In this document: in pieces, positions 1 to 9,300 of the stretch
Layout of the letters: the number at the start of each line of letters is the position of its first letter
Numbering within the stretch: the first letter of the stretch is position 1
Assembly (NCBI RefSeq): GCF_003544815.1
Contig: NZ_CP032100.1
Coordinates: 2,607,043 to 2,639,042, forward strand
Reading direction: 5' to 3'
Source of the DNA: Arcobacter suis CECT 7833
Lineage (GTDB): Bacteria; Campylobacterota; Campylobacteria; Campylobacterales; Arcobacteraceae
Length of the DNA stretch: 32,000 bases
Notes under the pieces: generated by a model
What the model was told of the DNA's origin: nothing
Seen by the model: the letters and a program-made list of their open reading frames with translations, nothing else
Database searches by the model: none
Program-made: the position numbers and the translations under genes

Positions 1-426
1 GAAGCGGGAACTCCTCCAATTTTACAATTTATTCGTGCATCTTTGGCATATCAACTTAGAAATGAAATAGGTTTTGAATTTATAAAAAAACAAAAAGATG
101 CACTAAAAGAGTATTTCATTAGTGAATTAAAAAAGATTCCAAACTGTGAAATCTACGGAAATCAAGAAGCTTCAAATATAGGAATTGTCTCTTTTAACAT
201 AAAAAGTTTAAGTCCCTATGATTTATGTAATCGTTTATCTTTAGAAGATAATTTCCAAACAAGAGCTGGATGTTCATGCGCTGGACCTTATGGACATGAT
301 TTACTTGGAATTGAAAAGTTAGATATGAATAATCGACCAGGTTGGGTTAGAATCTCTATTCATTTTTCACAAACAAAAGAAGAGATTAAAAATTTAATTG
401 ATGGGATTAAAAAGATTATTCTTTAG
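1..426 (+). CDS. aminotransferase class V-fold PLP-dependent enzyme (cysteine desulfurase-like), C-terminal fragment; 5' end outside the window
   Basis: Frame 1 is open from base 1 (EAGTPPILQFIRASL... precedes the first Met at 43). The C-terminal FQTRAGCSCAGPYGH loop resembles the R-x-G-x-x-C-A region of class V aminotransferases/desulfurases. Stop TAG at 424-426. Confidence 0.6.
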   Translation, partial: EAGTPPILQFIRASLAYQLRNEIGFEFIKKQKDALKEYFISELKKIPNCEIYGNQEASNIGIVSFNIKSLSPYDLCNRLSLEDNFQTRAGCSCAGPYGHDLLGIEKLDMNNRPGWVRISIHFSQTKEEIKNLIDGIKKIIL

Positions 427-438
427 TTTATTATTAAT

Positions 439-474
439 AAAAAGGAAGCCAAAAAGATTTGGTTTCCTTTTTTT
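439..474. terminator. rho-independent terminator hairpin between convergent genes
   Basis: Left arm 441-453 (aaaggaagccaaa) pairs with 458-470 (tttggtttccttt) with one G-U pair. The loop is 454-457 and the stem extends by two A-T pairs. A T-run at 471-474 follows on the + strand. Confidence 0.6.
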
Positions 475-477
475 AAG

Positions 478-1068
478 TTAGAATTTGTAGTTAATTCCTG
501 CAAACATAGTAGTTGAATCTTCAATTTCCATTTTGGCAGTCATATCAATACCTGAATCAGTCCAATTGAATGTTTTATCTATATTATATTTTGTATAAGC
601 TAATCCTACTTCAAATTCTACATTTTTCGTAATATCATAAATAGCCCCAACTTGAGCACCATAAGCTAATCCTGACATTTTTGCTGTTCCAAGTCCATCA
701 ATATTTATTTCTTTATATTCTCCATTACCAATATGAACTCCAGCAAGTAATCTGAAATCATTATTAATAGGAATTAAATAGTCATAATTACCTAATATAA
801 CTGTAAAATCAGTATCTTCTCCTGTGAAGTTTGCATGAGATAAAGAAATTCTATGAGTTTTATCAATAATAATACCTGCTTTTAATTTTAAAGAAGTATC
901 TGTCATATCATCTGATACATTTACAATTGTTCCAGAAGAACTCGAACCATTAACTTTATAATTTGCAGCTCCTCTCTCAGCTCCTGCACCTAAGAAATAT
1001 TGCAAATCCATTGCTAACATTGATGTACTAGCAGCAAATAAACTTGCAGTTACTATTATTTTTTTCAT
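478..1068 (-). CDS. small outer-membrane beta-barrel protein (OmpW/OmpX-like size class)
   Basis: Signal peptide MKKIIVTASLFAASTSMLA. Alternating hydrophobic/polar strands with aromatic girdle residues. C-terminal ...AGINYKF ends in Phe, as is typical of OMP barrels. Confidence 0.6.
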   Translation of the reverse strand: MKKIIVTASLFAASTSMLAMDLQYFLGAGAERGAANYKVNGSSSSGTIVNVSDDMTDTSLKLKAGIIIDKTHRISLSHANFTGEDTDFTVILGNYDYLIPINNDFRLLAGVHIGNGEYKEINIDGLGTAKMSGLAYGAQVGAIYDITKNVEFEVGLAYTKYNIDKTFNWTDSGIDMTAKMEIEDSTTMFAGINYKF

Positions 1069-1332
1069 TTTTTAACCTTATTTTTTATTTTCTTAAACAT
1101 AAAATTATATGTTCCATTTTATTATATCTATCATATATATTATTCTGTTTTTTCCTATTGTTTTCTACAAAGATAATTTTTATTAGTATAATATTGTAAC
1201 ATTATATGTTATATTATGCTTATTTATTACTATTAAAGCTTTCAATTGACCTATAATAAATTAATTTTAAAATTACACAAAAACTACATACTTCATTTAA
1301 ACTTCATTAACCAACAAAGCATACAATCCTAC

Positions 1333-2451
1333 ATGAATTTCATAATATTTTTTTGCATCTTTTTTATTGCTTTTGCTTTTCAAACTTTGATAATAAAAAA
1401 GCGTCTTATAAATAAACTTGATTTTACTTATAAGACCAAAAAATATCTTAGCCTAATTTTATATATCACTTTTTTGGGTGTGATTTTATACCCAATGGCT
1501 AGGTATTTTCCAGTAGTGCCAAACTGGCTCTATTTTGCACTTTCATTGCCAATTGGGGTGATTTTTCTAACATTTATTATTACTTTATTACATGAAATCA
1601 TCTCATTTGGAATTAACAAAACCCCATTCAAAAAAAATCGAAGAGAATTTTTCAAAAAAGGCTTAGACATTGGTGCTATCTCTTTTGTGGTTGCAACAAA
1701 TGCAAAAGCTATAGATAATGCTAGAAATATTGAACTTGAACTTGTAGATGTAAAAATAAACAACTTAGCCCTACCCTACACCATTATTCAAATAAGTGAT
1801 ATTCATATTGGTGGACTAATAAATAAAGAATTTATAAAAAAACTTGTTGATAAAATAAATATTTTAAATGGAGATATTGTTGTAATCACAGGTGATTTAG
1901 TAGATACAAAATTAGAATTTGCAGAACCCGCACTAAATGAACTTAAAAATATAAAATCAAAATATGGAACTTATTTTATAGTTGGAAATCATGAATATTT
2001 CCATGGAGTTAAACCTATCATTGATTATGTAAACTCTTTGGGAATAAAAACTTTAGAAAATGAAAATGTTTATATAGGTGAAAAAAACAAAGGTTTTAAT
2101 CTCTGTGGAGTTTATGATATATTTGGATTTAGATATGGTGCTTATGAACCAGATATTAATATAGCTTTACAAAATATTGAAAACTCACCAACTATTCTTT
2201 TAGCTCATCAACCAAAATATATAATACAAATTGAAGATACAATAAAAATTGATTTAGCTCTTTGTGGACACACCCATGGTGGACAAATTTTTCCATTTAA
2301 TTTTTTAGTAAAACTTGAACAACCTTATGTAAAAGGTCTTCATCAGCACAATGAATTCACACAAGTTTATGTAAATAAAGGCACTGGATTTTGGGGTCCA
2401 CCCATGAGACTAGGCGCTAGTAGCGAAATTACTATTTTAAAACTTTCTTAA
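1333..2451 (+). CDS. membrane-anchored metallophosphoesterase (calcineurin-like, YkuE/YaeI type)
   Basis: Metallophosphoesterase motifs appear in order: SDIHIG, GDLVD, GNHEY, AHQP, GHTHGG. The N-terminus has about 4 hydrophobic helices. I prefer ATG 1333 (MNFIIFF...) over the TTG at 1246 used by the ORF track. Confidence 0.8.
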   Translation: MNFIIFFCIFFIAFAFQTLIIKKRLINKLDFTYKTKKYLSLILYITFLGVILYPMARYFPVVPNWLYFALSLPIGVIFLTFIITLLHEIISFGINKTPFKKNRREFFKKGLDIGAISFVVATNAKAIDNARNIELELVDVKINNLALPYTIIQISDIHIGGLINKEFIKKLVDKINILNGDIVVITGDLVDTKLEFAEPALNELKNIKSKYGTYFIVGNHEYFHGVKPIIDYVNSLGIKTLENENVYIGEKNKGFNLCGVYDIFGFRYGAYEPDINIALQNIENSPTILLAHQPKYIIQIEDTIKIDLALCGHTHGGQIFPFNFLVKLEQPYVKGLHQHNEFTQVYVNKGTGFWGPPMRLGASSEITILKLS

Positions 2452-2506
2452 TTCTAGGCTGTATCACTTATATACAGTTATTTAATAAATTTACTTATCT
2501 TATTCA

Positions 2507-2514
2507 TGTATAAT
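2507..2514 (+). promoter_or_regulatory. candidate extended -10 promoter element (TGTATAAT) for the 2543-9294 operon
   Basis: TG-n-TATAAT at 2507-2514 lies 28 nt upstream of ATG 2543. An AAGGA ribosome-binding site is at 2532-2536. The sequence match is the only evidence. Confidence 0.3.
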
Positions 2515-2542
2515 AATTTTAATTAAAATAAAAGGATTTTGA

Positions 2543-5500
2543 ATGTCTTTGAAAGTAGTAATTTCTCATAAAACTCACTATAAATATGATAGAGCTATAT
2601 CTTTGTCTCCACATATTATAAGGTTGCGTCCAGCTCCTCATAGTAGAACTCCTATTGAAGCTTATTCTTTAAAAATCAAACCTGATAATCACTTTTTAAA
2701 TTGGCAACAAGATCCATTTGGAAATTACCAAGCAAGATTGGTATTTCCTGAAAAAACTAAAGAATTTGAAATTGATGTTGAAATCATTGCAGATTTAATC
2801 ACATTAAATCCTTTTGATTTCTTTGTTGAAGATAGTGCTACAAACTTTCCTTTTGAATATAAGAAAGATTTAAAAAAAGAGTTAAAACCTTATTTAAAAA
2901 TTGAAGAAGATGGCAAATTATTAACTGAGTTTGTTGGTAAAATTGATAAAACAGAAAAACCAATTATTGATTTTTTAGTTGAAGTTAATCAAAAAATTAA
3001 CCAATATGTAAACTATACGGTAAGACTAGAACCAGGTGTTCAAACTTGTAAAACTACTTTAGAAAAGAAATTAGGTTCGTGTAGAGATTCTGCTTGGCTT
3101 TTTGTACAAGTTTTAAGACATTTAGGACTTGCAGCACGTTTTGTATCTGGATATTTAGTTCAATTAACAGCCGATGTTAAATCACTTGATGGACCAAGTG
3201 GTCCTGAAGCTGACTTTACAGATTTACATGCTTGGACAGAAGTTTATATTCCAGGTGCTGGATGGGTTGGACTTGATAGTACAAGTGGATTATTTGCAGG
3301 GGAAGGTCATATTCCATTAGCTTGTACACCTCATTATAATAGTGCCCATGCAATCGAAGGATTTAGTGATAAATGTGAAACTGAGTTTGAATTTGATAAT
3401 AGTGTTACAAGAATTTTTGAATCTCCAAGGGTTACAAAACCTTATAAAGAAGAACAATGGAAAGCTATTTATGACTTAGGTTTCAAAGTTGATGAAGATT
3501 TAGAAAAAAATGATGTTCGTCTAACAATGGGAGGAGAACCAACATTTGTTTCTATTGATGATATGGAATCAGCTCAATGGAATAGTGAAGCAGATGGTGA
3601 ACATAAAAGAGAATTAGCAACAAAACTTGCAAGAAGACTTTTAGAAACTACAACAACAGGTGGACTATTACATCATGCCCAAGGAAAATGGTATCCAGGT
3701 GAACCACTTCCACGATGGCAAACAACAATTTACTGGAGAAAAGACAAAAAACCAGTTTGGGAAAATCCAGCACTTCTTGCAAATAAAAATGATGTTTTTG
3801 AGTATACAGCTTCTGATGCAAAAAACTTTTTATCAACTCTTGCTTCTGTTTTAGGTGTTAGTGATGAAAATATAAGTCCAGCATTTGAAGATCCAATCTA
3901 TTATATTATGAAAGAAGCTGAACTTCCTATTGATATTGACCCTTTAAAATATAATTTAAAAGATCCACTTGAGAGAAAAACAATTGCTGAAAAATTAGCA
4001 CAAGGTTTAAATAATGAAGTTGGATATGTTTTACCTTTAAATTTTGGAGTTACAAAATGGATAAGTTCAAAATGGGAATTTAGAAGAAATCACCTATTTT
4101 TAAGTGCTGGAAATTCACCATTGGGATTAAGACTTCCATTAGAATCATTAGTAGTAAAACCACCTATTGAACTAGAAAAAAGTTTTGAAACAGACCTTTT
4201 TGCCTTTGCTCCAGAGCTTGGAGATTATATTAAAGATGTGAAAAAAAGAGCGAAAAAAACTAGTAAAAAAACAACTGAGAAATTTAATTCAAACACTTTT
4301 GTAAGAACTGCAATTACATCTGAAATTAGAGATAGTAAACTTTGTATTTTCCTTCCTCCAATTGAAGATACAGAAGTATTCCTTGATTTAATTGCTTCAA
4401 TTGAACAAACTGCAACTATATTAAATTTATCAGTAATAATCGAAGGTTATGAACCACCACACGATTTAAGAACAGATAGAATTAAAGTAACTCCAGATCC
4501 AGGTGTTATTGAAGTTAATATTCAACCTGCAACTTCTTGGAAAGAGTTAAGTGATAATTTACTTGCACTTTATGAAGATGCTAGACTTTGCCGACTTGGA
4601 ACTGAAAAGTTTATGATTGATGGAAGACACACAGGAACAGGTGGTGGTAACCATGTTACTATTGGTGCATTAAAACCTAGTGATTCTCCACTATTAAGAA
4701 ATCCTCAATTACTTAGAAGTTTAATCACATTCTGGCAACACCACCCAGGTTTATCTTATCTATTCTCAGGGGCATTCATTGGTCCAACTTCACAAGCTCC
4801 AAGGGTTGATGAAGGACGTCCTGAAAATCTTTATGAACTTGAAATTGCCTTTTCTCAAATTCCTGAGCATGGAGATGTACCATTTTGGTTAACTGATAGA
4901 TTATTTAGACACATGTTAACAGATATTACAGGAAATACTCACAGAAGTGAGTTTTGTATAGATAAACTATATTCTCCTGATAGTAGTACGGGTAGACTTG
5001 GTATCTTAGAGCTTAGAGCTTTTGATATGCCACCTCACTCACAAATGGCACTTTTACAAATGTTATTAGTTCGAGCTTTAGTATCTTGTTTTTGGCAAAA
5101 ACCATATAAACATGATTTAGTTAGATGGGGAACAAGATTACATGATAAATTTTTACTTGAACATTATGTAAAAGATGATTTAAAAAGTGTAGTTCAATAC
5201 CTAAATGATGAAGGTTATGAGTTTAAACTTGATTGGTTTGACCCATTTTTTGAATTTAGATTCCCATTATATGGAATGACAATGATAGAAGGAATGCCAG
5301 TTGAAATAAGATCAGCAATTGAACCTTGGCATGTTTTAGGGGAAGAATCAAGTTCTCAAGGAACGGCTAGATATGTGGATTCATCGGTTGAGAGATTACA
5401 AATAAAAATTGAAAACTTCAACGAAGAAAGATACATAGTAACTTGTAATGGAGTTCAAGTTCCCCTATCAAAAACAGATATTGAAGGAGAGTTTGTAAGT

Positions 5501-5908
5501 GGAGTAAGATACAAAGCTTGGCAACCATGGTCAGCGTTGCATCCAACCATTAAAGTTGATACACCTTTAACTTTTGATATAATAGATAAATGGAATACTA
5601 GATCTATTGGTGGGTTTAATTATTTTGTGGCACATCCAGGCGGAAGAAGTTATGATAGTTTCCCTGTAAATTCTTATGAAGCTGAATCAAGAAGAATAAA
5701 TAGATATTGGGACTTCAATCACTCTCAAGGTGAAATTGAAGCTTACGAGCCATCAATTTCAGGTGAAGCAAACACTATTTTTGCAGTGGAAGCAACTAGA
5801 ACTTTAAAAAACACCAAAGGAAGTAAAAAACTTCTTTTCAAAGAAATGCCAAAAAATAAAGAGTATCCTCATACATTAGATTTAAGACAAAGGTGGATTA
5901 AAAAGTAA
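2543..5908 (+). CDS. large transglutaminase-like protein with C-terminal DUF2126 (predicted glutamine-synthetase-like amidoligase) region
   Basis: The N-terminal transglutaminase-core triad is intact: GSCRDSAWLF (Cys), DLHAWTEVY (His), GWVGLDSTSG (Asp). The long C-terminal part contains TGGGNHVTIG and RAFDMPPH, which I recall as typical of DUF2126. Size is 1121 aa. Confidence 0.8.
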   Translation: MSLKVVISHKTHYKYDRAISLSPHIIRLRPAPHSRTPIEAYSLKIKPDNHFLNWQQDPFGNYQARLVFPEKTKEFEIDVEIIADLITLNPFDFFVEDSATNFPFEYKKDLKKELKPYLKIEEDGKLLTEFVGKIDKTEKPIIDFLVEVNQKINQYVNYTVRLEPGVQTCKTTLEKKLGSCRDSAWLFVQVLRHLGLAARFVSGYLVQLTADVKSLDGPSGPEADFTDLHAWTEVYIPGAGWVGLDSTSGLFAGEGHIPLACTPHYNSAHAIEGFSDKCETEFEFDNSVTRIFESPRVTKPYKEEQWKAIYDLGFKVDEDLEKNDVRLTMGGEPTFVSIDDMESAQWNSEADGEHKRELATKLARRLLETTTTGGLLHHAQGKWYPGEPLPRWQTTIYWRKDKKPVWENPALLANKNDVFEYTASDAKNFLSTLASVLGVSDENISPAFEDPIYYIMKEAELPIDIDPLKYNLKDPLERKTIAEKLAQGLNNEVGYVLPLNFGVTKWISSKWEFRRNHLFLSAGNSPLGLRLPLESLVVKPPIELEKSFETDLFAFAPELGDYIKDVKKRAKKTSKKTTEKFNSNTFVRTAITSEIRDSKLCIFLPPIEDTEVFLDLIASIEQTATILNLSVIIEGYEPPHDLRTDRIKVTPDPGVIEVNIQPATSWKELSDNLLALYEDARLCRLGTEKFMIDGRHTGTGGGNHVTIGALKPSDSPLLRNPQLLRSLITFWQHHPGLSYLFSGAFIGPTSQAPRVDEGRPENLYELEIAFSQIPEHGDVPFWLTDRLFRHMLTDITGNTHRSEFCIDKLYSPDSSTGRLGILELRAFDMPPHSQMALLQMLLVRALVSCFWQKPYKHDLVRWGTRLHDKFLLEHYVKDDLKSVVQYLNDEGYEFKLDWFDPFFEFRFPLYGMTMIEGMPVEIRSAIEPWHVLGEESSSQGTARYVDSSVERLQIKIENFNEERYIVTCNGVQVPLSKTDIEGEFVSGVRYKAWQPWSALHPTIKVDTPLTFDIIDKWNTRSIGGFNYFVAHPGGRSYDSFPVNSYEAESRRINRYWDFNHSQGEIEAYEPSISGEANTIFAVEATRTLKNTKGSKKLLFKEMPKNKEYPHTLDLRQRWIKK

Positions 5909-8398
5909 ATGTCAATTTTTGATAGTTGTAAGTTAGAATCATCATTTGATGAGATGTTTGATGCCCAGTGTAATGTAAAACCCCATTGGAATGAGATTAA
6001 AAATGGTTTAGATAATGCAGGAATTAAACAACTAGAACAAAAACAACTAGAAATTGATTGGAGACTTGAAGATAACGGGGTTACTTATAATATTTATAAT
6101 GATCCTGAAGGAAATAATAGAAGATGGAATTTAGACCCTATTCCTATGGTTTTAACATCTGCTGAATGGGATGAAATTTCAAAGGGTTTAAAACAAAGGG
6201 CAAAACTTTTAAATCTAATTTTTAAAGATTTATATACTGAACAAAGATTAATAAAAGAAGGAATTGTTCCTGCTGAAATCATCTTTGCTCACAAAAGTTT
6301 TATTCCTGAAGTTTTTAATTTTGAGAATATTGATTATTACTCTATGAGATTTTATGCAACAGATATAAGCCGTGGTCCTGATGGTAAATTTTGGGTTATA
6401 AATGATAGAACTCAATCACCATCAGGTCTTGGATATGCTATAGAAAATCGTCTTACGATGAACTCTATATCAAATGATTTATATCCAAATGTTGAGATTT
6501 TAAAAATGGCAAAATTTATAGAGGGTTTTAAAAATATGTTAAAATCTCTCTGCTCTTCCAATCAAGATAATCCTTTAATTGCACTTTTAACTCCTGGTCC
6601 TTTAAATGAAACATATTTTGAACACTCGTATATTAGTTCTTTTTTAGATTTAACTCTTGTTCAAGGGGAAGATTTACTTGTGAAAAACAACCAATTATGG
6701 TTAAAAAGTTTAAATGGTTTACGAAAAGTTGATACTTTATTAAGAAGAGTTGATTCACAATATTGCGACCCACTGGAACTTAGAAATGATTCACAACTTG
6801 GAGTGGCTGGACTTGTAAATGTAATTAGAAAACATAATTTATCAATGATAAATCCAATTGGTGTTGGTATTTTAGAGAATATTGGACTAAATCCTTTTAT
6901 GAAAAATATTGCCAAATATCTATTAGATGAAGAGTTAATATTGCCACAAATCGCAACTTGGTGGTGTGGACAAAAAAATGAACTTGATTTTGTACTAAAA
7001 AATATTAAAAATCTAATTATCAAAAAAATAGATAGAACTGATAATATAGAAGTATATTTTGCAAATAAATTAAATGATGAAGATTTAAAAAACTTAATAG
7101 AAAAAATTCAAAACAATCCACACTATTATGTGGGTCAAGAAATAATAGATTTTTCAACAACTCCTTCTTTTACAAAAGGAAAAGTAGAACCTCGAAATAC
7201 AGTAATTAGAGCTTTTTCATATTTACATGAAGATAAATATCATGTAATGCCAGGAGGTTTGATTAGAGTTTCTCCCACAAAAGACTCTTTAGTTGTATCA
7301 AATCAAAAAGGTGGAACAAGTAAAGATTTATGGATTCTTGGTAAAAGTGATGATTTTTCTGGAAATAATATCTTTAAAAATAGGTCGTTTATTGATTCAA
7401 GATTAGAAAATATTTCAACAAAAAGAGCAGAAAATCTTTTTTGGTTAGGAAGATATTTAACAAGAGCTATAACAACGGCTAGAATGATTAGATTTAATTT
7501 AAAAAATATGCTTAATCTAAACAGATATGATGATAATACAAACTCAAGAAAAACAAATAGAATTTTAAATATTGCTTTAACCCATTTAACTATGAGTTAT
7601 CCAGGATTTTTGGATGAAAAATCTATTTTTCCGTTAAAAGAGATTATCTCATTAATTAGGGACAAAAACAGAGTTGGAACTCTTAGTTTTACCCTTGATA
7701 TGTTATCAAACCTAAATTCTAGTGTAAAAAATCTTCTTGCAATGGAAGCTTGGAGAATTTATGAAAGAATGCAAAAAGAGTGGAATACTTATAATAAAAA
7801 AGAGTTTCTTACAAATAAAGATCACATAAATGAACTTGATAAATTATTGATTTATTTGATGGCTTACAAAGAATTAATTGATGAAAGTATTTTCAAAGAA
7901 CAAGGTCTGATTTTATATGATATTGGTTGTAAAATAGAGACTTCTCAACTATTAATTTCAAAATTAAGATCTTTGCTTACTCAAAAACTTGATAAATTAA
8001 TTGAATATGACGTTTTAGATTCTATGTTAAACTCTTATGAAAGTTACAACTCATATAGAGCTTATTATAAATCATCATTAGCTTTAGAAAATGTATTAGA
8101 CTTTTTAATATTTAATACAAAATATCCAAAATCTTTGATTTATATAATAAACCAATTATTAGCCGATTTAAAAGAACTTCCAAAAAATATTGATAACTCT
8201 CACCTAAGTAGTTTTGAGGAGCCTGTATTTAAAGTATTTTCTATGATTACTTTAACAAATACCAAAAAACTTTTGGAAACTCCTGAAGATGAATATGTAT
8301 ATAAAGAATTGGATGAATTTTTATCAATACTTTCTGATTTATTAACACAAACATCTGAAGAATTAACAAAAACATATTTTTCACACTACAACGAGTAA
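5909..8398 (+). CDS. circularly permuted ATP-grasp type 2 domain fused to alpha-E domain
   Basis: The N-terminal ~480 aa is clearly homologous to the 454-aa ORF at 14137-15501 (for example LDPIPMVLTSAEWDEISKGLKQRAKLLNLIFKDLY vs [35 protein letters not shown]). The C-terminal half starts with the alpha-E signature ENLFWLGRYLTRA. Its ATG directly abuts the upstream TAA (5906-5908). Confidence 0.8.
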   Translation: MSIFDSCKLESSFDEMFDAQCNVKPHWNEIKNGLDNAGIKQLEQKQLEIDWRLEDNGVTYNIYNDPEGNNRRWNLDPIPMVLTSAEWDEISKGLKQRAKLLNLIFKDLYTEQRLIKEGIVPAEIIFAHKSFIPEVFNFENIDYYSMRFYATDISRGPDGKFWVINDRTQSPSGLGYAIENRLTMNSISNDLYPNVEILKMAKFIEGFKNMLKSLCSSNQDNPLIALLTPGPLNETYFEHSYISSFLDLTLVQGEDLLVKNNQLWLKSLNGLRKVDTLLRRVDSQYCDPLELRNDSQLGVAGLVNVIRKHNLSMINPIGVGILENIGLNPFMKNIAKYLLDEELILPQIATWWCGQKNELDFVLKNIKNLIIKKIDRTDNIEVYFANKLNDEDLKNLIEKIQNNPHYYVGQEIIDFSTTPSFTKGKVEPRNTVIRAFSYLHEDKYHVMPGGLIRVSPTKDSLVVSNQKGGTSKDLWILGKSDDFSGNNIFKNRSFIDSRLENISTKRAENLFWLGRYLTRAITTARMIRFNLKNMLNLNRYDDNTNSRKTNRILNIALTHLTMSYPGFLDEKSIFPLKEIISLIRDKNRVGTLSFTLDMLSNLNSSVKNLLAMEAWRIYERMQKEWNTYNKKEFLTNKDHINELDKLLIYLMAYKELIDESIFKEQGLILYDIGCKIETSQLLISKLRSLLTQKLDKLIEYDVLDSMLNSYESYNSYRAYYKSSLALENVLDFLIFNTKYPKSLIYIINQLLADLKELPKNIDNSHLSSFEEPVFKVFSMITLTNTKKLLETPEDEYVYKELDEFLSILSDLLTQTSEELTKTYFSHYNE

Positions 8399-8400
8399 CT

Positions 8401-9294
8401 ATGATTTATGAAATATACCACGAAACAAAATTCGATTATGTCGCTCTTGTAACTTTTAGTCATAATTTAGCAAGATTAAAACCTAAAGATTCTAATACTC
8501 AAAAACTATTAGAATACTCTTTAAAAATAGAGCCAACACCTTATGAAACAAATGAATTTTTAGATTATTTTGAAAATACAAATAATTTTATGCTTATTAG
8601 GGAAGCCCATAAAAGCTTAAAAGTTATTGCAACTTCAAAAGTTGAAAGAATTAAAGAAGAAATAGATAAAGAGTTAGATTTATTAAAAGATATAAAAACC
8701 TCTGTAAAAGATTTGAAACAAAGACTCAGTTCTTATCATCCAGATGATGTTTTAGCAAAATATTTTTTATTTGAAACTGACTCTATTCCTATGCCATCAG
8801 CAGAAATAAAAAAATATGTTTTAGAATCTTTTGATGAAAATAGAAATATTATTGAAGCAACTAATGAATTTATGGCAAGAATTTTTAATGATTTTAAATT
8901 TGTTTCAGGTTTTAGTGATATTACAACTCCAATTGAAGTGATTTTTAAAGAGAAAAAAGGGGTTTGCCAAGATTTCGCACAATTTGCAATTTCAGCACTT
9001 AGAAGTATTGGAATTCCTACACGATATGTGAGTGGTTATATACAAACTCTTCCAGCCCAAGGAAAAGAAAAACTTTTTGGAGCAGATGCTTCTCATGCTT
9101 GGTTTTCTATTTATATTCCTGATTTTGGTTGGGCTGATTTTGATCCTACAAACAATAAAATTCCAAATGAAGAGTATATAATATTAGGATATGGAAGAGA
9201 TTATTTAGATATTTCTCCTTTAAAAGGAGTTGTTCAAAGTAGTGGAAATAGTTCGTTGGGTGTTAAAGTTGATGTTAAAATCTTAGCAGATTAG
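8401..9294 (+). CDS. transglutaminase family protein (Bact_transglu_N + transglutaminase core)
   Basis: Catalytic triad context: GVCQDFAQFA (Cys), SHAWFSIYIP (His), GWADFDPTN (Asp). There is a 2-nt gap after the upstream stop. Confidence 0.8.
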   Translation: MIYEIYHETKFDYVALVTFSHNLARLKPKDSNTQKLLEYSLKIEPTPYETNEFLDYFENTNNFMLIREAHKSLKVIATSKVERIKEEIDKELDLLKDIKTSVKDLKQRLSSYHPDDVLAKYFLFETDSIPMPSAEIKKYVLESFDENRNIIEATNEFMARIFNDFKFVSGFSDITTPIEVIFKEKKGVCQDFAQFAISALRSIGIPTRYVSGYIQTLPAQGKEKLFGADASHAWFSIYIPDFGWADFDPTNNKIPNEEYIILGYGRDYLDISPLKGVVQSSGNSSLGVKVDVKILAD

Positions 9295-9300
9295 AAGAGT

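Noticed and set aside
1246-1332. N-terminal extension of the metallophosphoesterase from a TTG start (ORF track)
   Set aside because: The extension is hydrophilic, AT-driven sequence running into the promoter-like region. The first ATG (1333) begins directly at the first TM helix.
1530-1763. 77-aa minus-strand ORF inside the metallophosphoesterase gene. Similar antisense or out-of-frame ORFs occur at 3648-3836, 3660-3854, 6094-6282, 6661-7023, 13871-14062, 16303-16503, 16517-16867, 16920-17126, 18565-18789, 23128-23442 and 23804-24154.
   Set aside because: All are nested within longer ORFs that have clear family motifs. They have no recognisable motifs and a composition typical of non-coding frames.
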